Shown here one piece after another: positions 24,269 through 37,180 of a stretch of 64,000 nucleotides of DNA. The stretch is from Scyliorhinus canicula. Its lineage: Eukaryota. The DNA lies in NCBI RefSeq assembly GCF_902713615.1, contig NC_052162.1, forward strand, positions 52,327,990 through 52,391,989, in the 5' to 3' direction. Below the pieces are notes generated by a model, which saw nothing but the letters and a program-made list of their open reading frames with translations, searched no databases and was not told where the DNA came from. The position numbers were made by a program, and so were the translations under genes. Numbering within the stretch: the first letter of the stretch is position 1; every line of letters starts with the position of its first letter.

Positions 24269-25927
24269 GTATTTACGAATGAGGGGGACCATATTGTTGG
24301 AGAGGACAGTGTGAAACAGACTGGTAAGCTCGAGGAGATACTTGTTAGGAAGGAAGATGTGTTGGGCATTTTGAAAAACTGGAGTATAGACATGTCCCCC
24401 GGGCCTGATGGAATATATCCAAGGATTCTATGGGAAGCGAGAGATGAAATTGCAGAGCCGTTGGCAATGATCTTTTCGTCTTTTCGTCCTGTCAACAGGG
24501 GCGGTACCAAGGGATTGGAGAGTGGCGAATGCCGTGTCCCTGTTTAAAAAAGGGAATAGGGATAACCCTGGGAATTACAGGCCAGTTAGTCTTACTTCGG
24601 GGGTACTGAGGGATAGGATTTCTGAGCATCTGGAAAGACACTGCTTGATTAGGGATAGTCAGCACGGATTTGTGAGGGGTAGGTCTTGCCTCACAAGTCT
24701 TACTGAATTCTTTGAGGAGGTGACCAAGCACGTGGATGAAGGTAAAGCAGTGGATGTAGTGTACATGGATTTTAGTAAGGCGTTTGATAAGGTTCCCCAT
24801 GGTAGATTTATGCAGAAAGTAAGGAGGCATGGGATACAGGGAAATTTGGTCAGTTGGATAACGAACTGGCTAACCGATAGAAGTCAGAGTGGTGGTGGAT
24901 GGCAAACATTCAGCCTGGAGCCCAGTTACCAGTGATGTACCGCAGGGATCAGTTCTGGGTCCTCTGCTGTTTGTAATTTTCATTAATGACTTGGATGAGG
25001 GATTTAAAGGGTGGGTTAGTAAATTTGCAGACGATACGAAGATTGGTGGTGTTGTGGATAGTGAGCAGGGCTGTTGTTGGTTGCAAAGAGACATCGATAG
25101 GATACAGAGCTGGGCTGAGAAGTGGCAGATGGAGTTTAACCCCGAGAAGTGAGAGGTAGTCCATTTTGGAAGGACAAATATGAATGCGGAATACAGGGTT
25201 AATGGTAGGATTCTTGGCAATGTGGAGGAGCAGAGAGATCTTGGGGGTCTATGTTCATAGATCATTGAAAGTTGCCACTCAAGTGGATAGAGCTGTGAAG
25301 AAGGCCTATGGTGTGTTAGCGTTCATTAGCAGAGGGATTGAATTTAAGAGCCGTGAGGTGATGATGCAGCTGTACAAAACCTTGGTAAGGCAACATTTGA
25401 AGTACAGTGTGCAGTTCTGGTCGCCTCATTTTAGGAATGATGTGGAAGCTTTGGAAAAGGTGCAAAGGAGATTTACCAGGATGCTGCCTGGAATGGAGAG
25501 TCGGTATTACGAGGAAAGGTTGAGGGTGCAAGGCCTTTTCTCATTAGAACGGAGAAGGATGAGGGGCGACTTGATAGAGGTTTATAAGATGATCAGGGGA
25601 ATAGATAGAGTAGACAGTCAGAGACTTTTTCCCTGGGTGGAACAAACCATTACAAGGGGACATAAATTTAAGGTGAATGGGAGAAGATATAGGGGGGATG
25701 TCAGAGGTAGATTCTTTACCCAGAGACTGGTGGGGGCATGGAATGCACTGCCTGTGGAAGTAGTTGAGTCGGAAACATTAGGGACCTTCAAGCGGCTATT
25801 GGATAGGTACATGGATTACGGTCGAATGATGGGGTGTAGATTAATTTATTCTTAATCTCGGACAAAGGTTCGGCACAACATCGTGGGCCGATGGGTCTGT
25901 TCTGTGCTGTATTTTTCTATGTTCTAT
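24269..25927 (+). mobile_element. 5'-truncated CR1 LINE (RT to 3' UTR) in a COX11 intron
   Basis: SPGPDGIYPRIL, PGNYRPVSLTS, YMDFSKAFDKVPH, VPQGSVLGPLLF, FADDTK; frameshifts; (ttctatg)n tail; possible TSD GAATC (24264-24268 and 25928-25932). Confidence 0.92.
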
Positions 25928-26273
25928 GAATCATTGTGTTGGGACTTCTGTATGGTTCCGAAGCGCAGAATGTGGTGACTAGAGGGTTTTCACAGTAACT
26001 TCATTGAAGCCAACTTGTGACAATAAACGATTGTTATTATTATTATTACTACATCCAGTCTCTGATTATTTGGACCACTATACTTGTGAGTTACTACCTC
26101 AAACCATGGTTCCTACTTTAACCTTACTTAAATTTAAGCTTACTTTAACCAGCATTATAAATTCTACTTAATTCTGGTCAGATCAAGGCATAAATGTTTG
26201 TCCTACTTTAACTTTCACTAGTGCTGATATAGAATTCCCAAGATAAACATTTTGTTAAAAGAGATGCATTTAT

Positions 26274-26495
26274 AGGGCAGCATGGTGGCGCAGTGGGTTA
26301 GCCCTGCTGCCTCACGGCGCCGAGGTCCCAGGTTCGATCCTGACTCTGGGTCACTGTCCGTGTGGAGTTTGCACATTCTCCCCGTGTTTGCGTGGGTTTC
26401 GCCCCCACAACCCTAAATGTGCAGTCTAGCTGGATTGGTCATGCTAAATGGCCCCTTAATTGGAAAAAATGAATTGGGTACTCTAAATAAAAAAA
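26274..26495 (+). mobile_element. V-SINE (HE1-like)
   Basis: gggcagcatggtggcgcagtgg head, ggttcgatcc B-box, A-rich tail. Confidence 0.8.
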
Positions 26496-26837
26496 ATAAA
26501 ATAAGAGATGCATTTATGCAACATCTCGCATCTTCACAACATCTCAAAGTGCTTCAGACAATACATTACCACTAGAATAGAATGCACTGTATCTAATGAT
26601 TAGCGGTAAGATGCCAATTTGTCTTGGCTGTGGGAAGAATTCTGTCCTGGTCTCCAGACAAATTGCTGCCTTAGAATCAGATTTAGATCTTGTTTTCTTG
26701 TGAATAATATACTCATTTTCCGTGGTAATTTTCACTACTTAGCTTTTACTTTTTCTGTCTTTAGATGAAGGTGGACATGGAAGGTGTACACAATGGCTTT
26801 CACATAATTTTTTTTAAAAATGTACATGCAGAAATGT

Positions 26838-27040
26838 ACGCAAAGAGTGGTGAGGCCGTGGAATGCCCTACCTGCAACAGTAGTGAACTCGCCAACATTG
26901 AGGGCATTTAAAAGTTTATTGGATAAGCATATGGATGATAAGGGCATAGTGTAGGTTAGATGGCCTTTAGTTTTTTTCCATGTCGGTGCAACATCGAGGG
27001 CCGAAGGGCCTGTACTGCGCTGTATCGTTCTATGTTCTAT
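26838..27040 (+). mobile_element. CR1 3' end fragment
   Basis: gtcggtgcaacatcgagggccgaagggcctgtactgcgctgta..ttctatgttctatg; same family as the 49960 copy. Confidence 0.8.
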
Positions 27041-27306
27041 GCAGCTATATTCTCCCCCTCCCAACTCTGCATCTGACAATTTGTACAATTGTGGATTAGT
27101 TTCTGCTGGTTCAAGAATCTAAGACCTGGAATATGTGACTTCGCAATTACACATGCTGTTTGACATTTTTGGGACGGGACAATGTTTGCACTGGTGATTT
27201 GCATATAGTTACTTTTGGCTCAGTAAAGTAGATTTCTTTTTACATTTGTTAATGTTGGGTTATTTGTTAACATGGTAACCAGGCACAAACACGAGATTTT
27301 TCTGAC

Positions 27307-27621
27307 CTGGCAATAAAGTCTGTAAAGCGGTACAGCAGCATACGACATGCCAATCATGCCAATCGCTGTTGCCGCTATATACGTGAGCACAGTTTTATTC
27401 TTCTTTCTCCATGCTTCCTCCTGGTTCCGAGTGAACGGATTATGGCGTTTCATGCCCCGCAATGGCTGCTGAGAAGTCAAATCTTTCAGTTTCTCAGGAG
27501 TAAACCGATTAAATGCTGAATACAGTCTTGGTAAACTAAACTGTTGCAGCCTTCGTGCACAGGCATTACAGGAAGACACCATGTACAGTTTTGAGGTGCT
27601 TGCCCAACAGGACCAAAGCAT
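27307..27621 (-). CDS. COX11: COX11 coding exon 1 (presequence-like N-terminus plus TM helix)
   Basis: MLWSCWAS...NPFTRNQEEAWRKKNKTVLTYIAATAIGMIGMSYAAVPLYRLYCQ|gtcaga. The start ATG is inferred as the first in-frame ATG after a tttcag acceptor (exon from about 27706). Confidence 0.9.
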
Positions 27622-28079
27622 GCTGATGGTTAGCCAGACCACGGTGCTAGTAAGTAATGTCTTCTTCCTTCGGTGTAAATAACAAACAGTAGTCTTCCTG
27701 CAACATCTGAAAATCAATGCCAAAATATTATATTTTTTTCCTTGTCCTGGTGGGTGCATTACACAAGTCAATCATAATCTATAGTAATCCTACAATGTTT
27801 GCAAATTGAGATGCAATTCAGTATTAACAAATTATTTTTAAGTGGAGTTAAATAATATCTTGAATGGTATAAATCTGGCAGAAACAAGTGGAAACTTGAC
27901 TTACCACATTCCCTAACAAGTGTCTTCTTTTTATTGCTAAAAATGTAGTTTGCCATAATTGGATTTCAATCAGCCACATGAGTCCAGGTTAATATACTGG
28001 ACAGCACTGTATTTATATAGCACCTTAATAAGCCCCAGGTCACTCCAAAGCACTCTACAACTATTTTTATTATTTTTTC

Positions 28080-29200
28080 ATGGAACATGGGCCTTGTTGG
28101 CTGGGCCAATATTTTTTATTGCCTTTCCCTAATTTCCTTTGAGAAGGTTGTGGTGAGCCGCCTTCTGCAGTCCACATGATGTGAGGATACCCATAGCGCT
28201 GTCAGGGAGAGACGTTTGACCCAGTGACAATGAAGGAATGGTGATATAGTTCCAAGTCAGGATGTTGAATGACTTGGAAGAGAACTTGCAGGTAGTGTTG
28301 TTCACATGTATCTGCTGTTTTGTCTTTCTAGATGGTGGTGGTTGCAAGTGCTTTGGTGAGTTGCTGCAATGCACCTTGTAGATGGTACACACTGTTGCCA
28401 CTGTTGAATGGAGTGAATGTTTATTGTGGTGGATGGGGTGCCAATCAGTGGTTGCTTTGCCATGGATGGTGTTGAGTATCTTGAATGTTGGAGTTGCACT
28501 CAGCCTAGCAAGTGGGGAGTATTCCGTCACACTCCTGACTTATGCCTTGTAGATGGTAGACAGACTTGAGAGTCAGGAGGCGAGTTACACTCGCAGAGTT
28601 CCCAGACTCTGATCTGCTCTTGCAGCCACAGTATTTATATGACAAGGCACGTTTCTGGTCAATGGTAACCCCTCAGGATGTTGTAGTGGGGCATTCATGA
28701 ATGCCATTGAATGTCAAGAGAGATTTCATAGAATTTACAGTGCTTGCATCCTCTCTAATAATAATAATCTTTATTGTCACAAGTAGGCTTACATTAACAC
28801 TGCAATGAAGTTACTGTGAAGAACCCCTAGTCACCACATTCCAGTGTCTGTTCGGGTACAGGGGGGGAGAATTCAGAATGTCCAACTTACCTGCCGGGAA
28901 CCGAATCTGGGACCCTGGCACTGTGAAGCAACAGTGCTAACCACTATGTTGTCCAGGTCTTGTTGCATTTGGATATGGACTGCATCAGCTTGTGAGGAGT
29001 CGCAAATGGTGCTGAATGTTGTGCAATCATCAGTGAACATCCCCACATCTGACCTTATGATGGAGGGAAGGTCATTAATGAAGCACCTGAAGATGGTTAG
29101 GCCGAGGACACTAGCCCAAGGAACTCCTGCAGTGATGTAGAGAATGAGATGAGATTGACCTTCAACAACCACAATCATCTTCCTTTGTGCCAGGAATATT
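28080..29200 (-). mobile_element. Degraded CR1/L2-group LINE with a SINE nested at about 28760-28947
   Basis: AGVPWASVLGLTIFRCFINDLPSIIRSDVGMFTDD RT motif; shared 3' tail. Confidence 0.8.
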
Positions 29201-29214
29201 TACAACCACCACTA

Positions 29215-29700
29215 CATTAGTGGTGTAATGTAGGCAAGTTCCGACAGCAATGCGATAATGACTTGAGGATCTATTTTTGTGATGTTGATTGTGGGGTAAA
29301 TATTGTGATGTTGATTGTGGGGTAAATATTGTGATGTTGATTGTGGGGTAAACATTATAATAATCAGTTATTGTCACAAGTAGACTTCAATGAAGTTACT
29401 GTGAAAAGCCCCTAGTCGCCACATGCCAGCGCCTGTTCGGGGAGGCCGGTACAGGAATGAACCTACGCTGCTGGCCCTGTTCTGCATTACAAGCCAGCTG
29501 TTTAACCTACTGTGCTAAACCAGCCCAAATACTTGCTGTTCTTCAAAATAGTGCCTTGGGACTTTTTACATCCACCTGAAATGGCAGCAGGAACCTCCAT
29601 TTAACGTCTCATCCGGAAAACCAAGGGAATGCTGCACCCGTGCATCCAATCTGGAGGTGGGCCTGTCTAACCCAACATTAGAACGAGAAAGAGACACTAT
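29215..29700 (-). mobile_element. Deu-domain SINE with a 26-bp triplication (29277-29354) and a nested family-2 SINE (about 29365-29527)
   Basis: cttcaaaatagtgccttgggactttttacatccacctga...tttaacgtctcatccg is the reverse complement of the Deu domain. Confidence 0.65.
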
Positions 29701-30239
29701 TTCTCCACCACTTCCAAAGTTCAGGATTTAATTTCCGATTTTGTTCCAATGCATTCAAGTGATGTGGGCTTCGCCGGCTATAGGCCAGCATTTATTGCCC
29801 ACCCCCGATTATTGCCCTTGAGAAGGTAGTGGGTGGTGAGCTGCCTTCTTAAAGCGCCAAACGGGGGCTGCGAATGCACTGCAAAAACCCAACTTACTAC
29901 AGCTCTGCTGGCCGCATCGTGAATATTTCAGCCCCTGTCCTACCTCGCTGGGGTGCCAGTGTCCAGCACAGAGTCCCGGCTGCCACGTCCTTTCACTCGG
30001 TATCACAGCCAGTACTTCTCCACGTTATTCAGACGGAGGGCACAGGAAACAAGGCCCAGCGGCACTGCAGCAAGTGTGCAGCCCGCCCATCTCCAAGGCC
30101 CCGGCTCTCTGAATTGAACATGTAATCCGTTTCAAGTCTGTGGGGGAGAAATACATACCGGAAACAAGTCACCTCCCCCGGCAGGTAGACTCCATCTAAG
30201 GTGAACTCTTCATAATCTAATCACTCCCACGGTCTCTGG

Positions 30240-30424
30240 AGCCGCGCTGCACTACATTACCCAGCAGGCAGTTGGTGGCAGGCGCATGCGCACGGCCGGA
30301 ACGCGGTCACGTGAGGCGGCGTGGGAGGCCGGGAGAAACTACAGTTCCCAGGGGCGCCTCGCGGCAGTCCGGCACATGCGCGGAGCCGGCTGCCATTGTG
30401 TGGTTGAGGAGGAGCGGAGTGAAG
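30240..30424. promoter_or_regulatory. CpG-rich bidirectional promoter between COX11 (-) and RBM41 (+)
   Basis: ZNF143/SBS-type ACTACAnnnCCCAG at 30251 and 30338; NRF1 GCGCATGCGC at 30282 (variant at 30372); E-box GTCACGTG at 30306; CCGGAA at 30296. Confidence 0.8.
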
Positions 30425-30432
30425 ATGCGCAG
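30425..30432 (+). CDS. RBM41: RBM41 coding exon 1 (ATG CGC AG|gtaagg)
   Basis: Strong donor; joins exon 2 in phase to give MRRVNS (human MKRVNS). Confidence 0.85.
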
Positions 30433-31247
30433 GTAAGGCATGGAGATCGAGCGGGTGGAGGGTATCAGTGGATTTTATCCATCACAGGCGGATTGGTAAT
30501 GGAGCAGGGTTTCCGCAGGGTCAAAGCAGGTTATTAATTCCGCTCCCGCCCGCGCAAGATTTATCATGACTGGGAGCTGTCTTGGAACAGAGGCTACAGC
30601 GGGAGATGGCTGCCTGGAGAGGGAGAGAGAGGTTTGTGGGTAGTTAAGGAGCAGCAATAAAACAAAACACTGCTGTTCCACAGAGCTGCTCACATCTCAT
30701 GCTATTCATCTGTAACCTCCTGCTTAAATGGAACCTGCATATGTATTTAATACAATAAAACCTGCCCCAAGGCATTGTTTCCTCGGAAGATGTCTGGTGT
30801 AATAATATATGTGTGTGTACGACGTATACAGATTAAACTGCCGAGTCTTACCTCTTCCTAGCCATAATTCGTGTCAAATTGTTCGGTGATTGTCACAATT
30901 TTCTCATCAAAGCATTTTGTTATCTCCCAATTGATCCTGGCCATTCTGTTCAAAAGGATGAAATCACTTTTCAGGTTGGGCACCTTAAAATAGTTCCTGT
31001 CAGTCTCCTGCAACCTGGAAATGAAGATTAAGTAATGTAATTGGGAATCTGTTGTGTTTGTTTGTCAGCTGTACAGCAGTGTGCAGCTTTGAGCTTTCTT
31101 TGTTTTGTTTTTTGGGCGCAGCATGCTATCATTGTATGATTTAGCAGAATCACCAATATAGAAGGTTCACTTGGGAGAGTAGCAACAGAATATATATATA
31201 TGTATTTTTTTTAAGGGCCTACAGGTATTTAATCATTTTTTCCCCTT

Positions 31248-31560
31248 GGGCAGCACGGTAGCACAGTGGTTAGCACAAATGCTTCACAGCTCAATATTCC
31301 CGGCTTGGGTCAGTGTCTGTGTGGAGTCTGCACGTTCTCCCCGTGTGTGCGTGGGTTTCCTCCGGGTGCTCCGGTTTCCTCCCACAGTCCAAAGGTGTGC
31401 AGGTTAGGTGGATTGGCCACGCTAAATTGCCCTTAGGGTTCAAATTGTCCTTAGTGTTAGGTGTGGTTACTGGTTATGGGGATAGGGTGAAGGTATGGGC
31501 TTTGGTAGGGTGCTCTTTCCAAGATGGGCTGAATAGCCTCCTGCACTGTAAATCCTATGA
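31248..31560 (+). mobile_element. V-SINE (HE1-like)
   Basis: gggcagcacggtagcacagtggttagcac head plus V-domain. Confidence 0.8.
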
Positions 31561-31574
31561 AATCTCTTTGGGAA

Positions 31575-32210
31575 TTCAATCAGAGGGGATGGAGGCTAGG
31601 GCGGTTGATGCTCCTCCTGTAGGATGTGGATGGTGAGGGATACCACTGGTGTCCCTGCTGACTACACTAGCGGGAAGTGCACCCAACTCCAGCTCCTCGG
31701 AGACCGCGTTATGGAACTGGAGCTGGATGAACTTCGGATCATCTGGGAGGCAGAGGGGGTGATAGAGAAGAGTTACAGGGAGGTAGCCACACCCAAGGTA
31801 CAGGACAAGAGTAGCTGGGGTACAGTCAGGGGAAGGAAAAGGAACGGGCAGACAGTGCAGGGATCCCTCGTGGCTGTTTCCCTTCAAAGCAAGTATACCA
31901 TTTTGGATGCTGTTGGGGGGAATGACCTGCCGGGGCAAGGCCCTAGCGGCCAGGTCTCTGGCACTGAGCATGGCTCTGTGGCTCAGAAGGGAAGGGGGGA
32001 GAATAGAAAAGCAATATTGATTGGAGACTCAATGGTTAGGGGAACGGATAGGAGATCCTGTGGTCGTGAACGAGACTCCTATAAGGTATGTTGCCTCCTG
32101 TGTGCCAGGGATGTCTCTGATCGAGTCTACAGGATTGTTAAGGGGAGGGGGAGCAACCAGAAGTCATGGTGCACACAGGGAGTTAGGTTGGAAGCTAAAG
32201 AGCAGGATAA
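31575..32210 (+). mobile_element. CR1 ORF1 fragment (zinc-finger remnant, coiled coil, SGNH esterase)
   Basis: KCTQLQLLGDRVMELELDELRII...ILIGDSMVRGTDRRSC...VCCL. Confidence 0.75.
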
Positions 32211-32249
32211 GGCTCATCTGAATCCTTGCCCTCTTAATTTTACTTTTAA

Positions 32250-33800
32250 CTTCTTCCTCCTCATTCGAGATGTGTAACTCCTCCATGTCTTTCTTTGGCA
32301 AAACACTCAATCCTTTGCAATGCTAGGTTGTGCAGGGTGCAGCAAACAATGATGTGGGACATCCTCTATGGTGAGTATTGGAGACTCCCACTTCATCAGT
32401 CAAAACATCTGAAACACACCTCACTGAGGCCAATAGTTGCTCTGTTTAGGGCCTTGTGGCTGAACGTACAGCATTGTATCTCTCCTCTGATGCAACCAGT
32501 GGACGTTGAACATGTGTCATTAACCACATCCATTAACCCTTATCACCAAGAAGCCAAATCTGTGTGCACTAAGGGCCCTTAAAGATCTGTAGCATCTGTG
32601 AGAGGTATGAGAGTTCTGTTGGGATATAGCATAGGCATGCATAATCTCTCTATGATCACAGATAAACTGGAGAGTGGCAATACTTCCATTAATGAATCTC
32701 CAAGGCTGCTGCCAGGGAGCTCTCAAGGCCATATGTGTCCCGTTCGATGGCACTGTGCAATTGCGGGCAACCCTAGATCGCCATGAGTCCCACAGCTTGC
32801 TTCATCCATGCAGAACTGTACATAATGGCCAGCTTTAATGAAAAGGGCATCAGACACCTCCCTTGGGCATCTTGAGATTTCGCAAAGGACCCCAATGGCA
32901 TCCTGGAACGATCTGGAGGCAAAAACGTTTGAGTGTGATGGTAACGTTAAGAAAAGCCAGCAATGGATGCCCTCCCAGTCGTTGCAGCAAGTGATCCTCA
33001 TGGAGTGTGGCGAATATGACTTACCACATTTGTAGACCAGCAAAGGCATCTCCATGTATGAGCTGCGTCTACTGTAGCCCCTTGGTGTGTAAGATATCTT
33101 TGGATTTGATCCCTTCTCATCAGCATCTGGGTCTTGTTCCTCAGGGCCATGGTGTTCCCTAGCTGTGCCAAATGACCCTTCTCATTCACGTCAAAGCTAT
33201 CAAGACGGCAGCCTTGCAGCCTGTTTTTTGTGAATTGATACAATTATACAATTGAGCAATCGATATTAGTTCTTGTTGATTTGTCTTCCTCCATATACAA
33301 GGCAGCTATGCATTCTCCAGTGCTTGACTTTCCCTTCGTCCGCACATGGCATACCAAGGAAATCCTTTGCAGGATGGTATGCTGGTGGTTGATCTTTCCC
33401 CTCCGATATGAATGCGCGTTTTAAAGACTTTCCCTTAGCCACACATGGCTTACCAAGGCAGTCCTTTGCAGGATGGTATGCTGGAGGATGCTGGTGGCTG
33501 ATCTTTCCCCTCCGATGTGAATGCGCGTTTTAAATTAGAGTGTTCTTTCGAGTTGAAAGAGCCAAGTCCTGGGACCCAGTCAGCTTTGTGTTGGTTGTCC
33601 TTCAGTAGCCTTTACAACTACTATGGGTACACAGTCGTTGCACTACTGTCCTGACTGCAAGCATGGTGACTTAAATGCCATGTCCTCTGCACTGGAGGTT
33701 TGTAGGGCCTGTCCTGCTTCTGTCAGCAGACATCACCCTTGATTCATGGATCCTGCGTCTATTCTGACATGCCTTTGTAAGGTTCAGATGCCATCTGAAT
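32250..33800 (-). mobile_element. Highly degraded retroelement-like segment containing a ~100-bp tandem duplication (about 33326-33533)
   Basis: The duplication is seen directly; the retroelement (possibly RTE-clade) assignment rests on weak impression only. Confidence 0.3.
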
Positions 33801-33806
33801 TTATTA

Positions 33807-34155
33807 GGGGCAGCACGGTAGCATAGTGGTTAGCACAAATGTTTCACAGCTCCAGGGTCCCAGGTTCGATTCCCGGCTTGGGTCACTGTCTGTGCGGAGT
33901 TTGTACGTTCTCCCCATGTGTGCGTGGATTTCCTCTGGGTGCTCCGGTTTCCTCCCACAGTCCAAAGATGTGCAGGTTAGGTGGATTGGCTATGATAAAT
34001 TGCCCTCAGTGTCCAAAATTGCCCTTAGTGTTGGGTGGGGTTGCTGGGTTATGGGGATAGGGTGGGCATGTGGGCCTGGGTGGGGTGCTCTTTCCGGGAG
34101 CCGGTGCAGACTCAATGGGCCGGGTGGCCTCCTTCTGTACTGCAAATTCTATGAT
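33807..34155 (+). mobile_element. V-SINE (HE1-like), full length
   Basis: Complete head, V-domain and ttctatga tail. Confidence 0.85.
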
Positions 34156-34504
34156 AACTAAGACCATATGCAGCGCAGCGCCTAAACTTAATGGATTGTA
34201 AACTGAATAGGCACCATGATCGAATGGCAGAGCAGACTCAATGGGCCGTTATCCTATGGTCACTAGAAAATGAGCTAAGCTCAGTCATTGTGCATGAGAC
34301 CCTTGAGTCCAGAACCAGTGGAGCCATGCTCTCCATGGTGTGAGCATGACAGTTATAGGGTGCCCCTTGAATCACCCCAAAATAGTTGTACACAACTCAT
34401 CTGACATGCCTTGAGACCCCTCTCATCGTTTTTTTTGTTCAAGCTCACTTTTTCAAGTGCGTCACTGATCACTGAAGGCGGACATGGTGCTGATTACGTT
34501 CCTT

Positions 34505-34735
34505 TTTAAAAAATATAAATTCAGAGTACCCAATTCATTTTTTTCCAATTAAGGGGCAATATAGTGTGGCCAATCCACCTAACCTGCACATCTTTGGATT
34601 GTGGGGACGAAAATCATGCAAACACGAGGAGAATGTGCAAACTCCACACGGACAGTGACCCAGAGCCAGGATCGAACATGGGATCTCGGCGCCATAAGAC
34701 AGCAACGCTAACCACTGTGCCACCGTGCTGCCCTC
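34505..34735 (-). mobile_element. V-SINE (HE1-like)
   Basis: Reverse complement of the 26274 subtype. Confidence 0.8.
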
Positions 34736-36861
34736 TTATTACGCTCCTGACTGCAACCTGCTTCCAACCCCCTATCATCCACCAAGTTCCTCCCAGCCTC
34801 TTCTATAGCCACCTCATCTTAATTCCCATTCCTCCTGTCAATATCCAACTGTCCTGTTACCCTTGACCCCAGTATTGTTCATATTGACACTCCTGTCTGC
34901 CTTCCTGAATGGTAATACTCTTCGTAGATCTGGCTCCTCACCTTCTCAGGCCTCATGGAACCCTGACATTCTGGGAACCCCCCCAAGCCATGAGACCATC
35001 CCAAAACACCCATAAATTTTCAGCTACCCACATACAGGATGTAGATGCCTCCCCTGACCATGACTGTTATCTGCATCAGTAACATGTCTCTGACCATCTG
35101 GATCAAATTCCTTCGGTGACTAACCATGCCTTGCACATCATGCTGTGCATGATCATCACTGTCCAGAGAGACCTTCCCCCAACCCAAGACTGGGACTAAG
35201 ACCTGGGACAGGCCCGACAAGTGCAGACCTGCATAACTCTAATAAGACCCCCACAGTCCAGGACAGTCTGTTCAATATGACCCTGACAGCGTGGCCTCAG
35301 CGCCAGGACAGTCTCTGATTTCTCTTGGACAGTCTTATAACTCATACCCAGGGCATTTTTCCAGTGCTCCACTCTGACCACCATCCCCCTTCAGTCCTGC
35401 TTCTGTCTTCCCCCTCTCGTCTGGTATTGCCTCCTGTACCCAGCCATGCCACAGCTTGTGAAACAAGCTGCCCGAATCCTGCAGCAACGCTCTTAAAGGT
35501 GAAAGTAGTATCTATGTATCTCGAAGTCCTTGATGAAAAGCTCGCCAGGTGCAAACCACCTAATATACAGTCGGGGAAACAGCATGTTCTAATAATCTAC
35601 TGGTAGGATGTTTAATTTAGAGGGGGAACATAATTCTGGTGAGTTGGCCTTTTAATGAGCACTCACGGGATACAAATGAGGTTCCTGACATGGATCAGTG
35701 GGAAACTTTACCAACCTTTAATTCGCTATCTACATTGGGAGAACAAAATTCCAAACTAATTTCCCACCGGTGGGAAACTGACTTTTTCCATGATGCCAAA
35801 TTCGTGCCATCACCCATTCCTACCATTGGGAGGAGCGGAAAATGCCACCCATTACATTTTATAGGAAATAAAAGTCCCAGGGACGTGGGCTGTTAAGAAT
35901 GCTACAGTAAGCCTCAGTACTTCTGGACGAGGGAGGACAAATATCAACCAGGGCTCTGACTCCTGATTTCTACAGTGATCCCTGCTGGGAATGAGTTTAT
36001 TGAATGGATACTTGGTGAGGACGGGATTGACTTCGCTCTAATGTGCACTACTTGCGTATATAGTTTAAGAAGTTTAGAATGTGAGTACCTTTGTGCAGTC
36101 TGCTTTTGGAAGGAGAAGATTATGAATAGCTGAAGACTAGTTGCCTGTTGTGCTATGCCCCTGTATGAATCAGTGATTCCAGAAGAAAAAGCAGATTGGG
36201 ACAAATTACAAATGTGGTTGGAAAAAACCTTTGCTGGATTGATAGGGAAGGATCACTCCAGTAAATCTTGTTTTTCTAGTTCCGTTAATGGTGCTGCTCT
36301 TTTGGTAATAGGTTTGCTCTTGGAAAAGAGGAAGATAATATCTGCAATACTGTTGATATTGATTCATAGACTACCACATAGTTTTAATGCTTAATGGTTC
36401 GCAGGAATACTGCAGAGACCAAATTATTGAGAGTAAAAGCAAAGAAACTTATGACCAATGTTAATCATTGATACTTGTTTTGTTTTCATTTTGATGATTG
36501 AATATCCAAACTAAATATTGCTCATTTCGTGGACCTATTCTGGTATCATTATTTGGGAGTTTAGCATTCACGTGCCTGCCTCAAGAGCCAGGTAGCTTAT
36601 TCAGCGGGAGAGAGGAAAAACTGTCATGAGTGATTTTCCTTTCAATGCTGTTTCTGCTGGGCATTGATGCACACAATATTATTTACACCATGGTTATAAT
36701 TATGCAGAAAATGATATGCTAAATATGTGTAACTTTGTGTTTGCAAAACTCACAAATCAAATAATTTTATGCAGAGATGGTGCCCAAAAAACCGATTCCT
36801 TCCAAATGCCTGCCTTTTTAAATAAGCAATACTGAAGCAAACTGTGCAACGATACTCTGTT

Positions 36862-37180
36862 CATAAAATTTACCGTGCAGAAGGAGGCCACTTGGCCCAT
36901 CGAGTCTGCACTGGCCCTTGGAAAGAGTCCAGTCAAGCCCACGCCTCCACCCCATCCCCGTAACCCAACCTAATCTTTTTTGGACCCTAAGGGCAATTTT
37001 ATCATGGCCAATCACCTACCCTGCACATCTTTGGACGGTGGGAGGAAACCGCGCACCCGGAGGAAAGCCACTCAGACGCAGGGAAACGTGCAGACTCCAC
37101 ACAGACCAAGTCGGGAATCGAACCTGGGACCCTGAAGCTGTTAAGCAACTGTAAAACTAACCACTGTGCTACCATGCTAC
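36862..37180 (-). mobile_element. V-SINE (HE1-like)
   Basis: Reverse complement of the 33807 subtype. Confidence 0.8.

Noticed and set aside
27622-27771. N-terminal 50 aa of the 183-aa ORF as part of COX11
   Set aside because: It crosses a probable acceptor at ~27707; the ATG at 27621 gives a normal-sized 259-aa COX11
34880-35850. Possible Harbinger transposase relic
   Set aside because: The end resembles Harbinger-like termini, but no catalytic motif could be read with confidence
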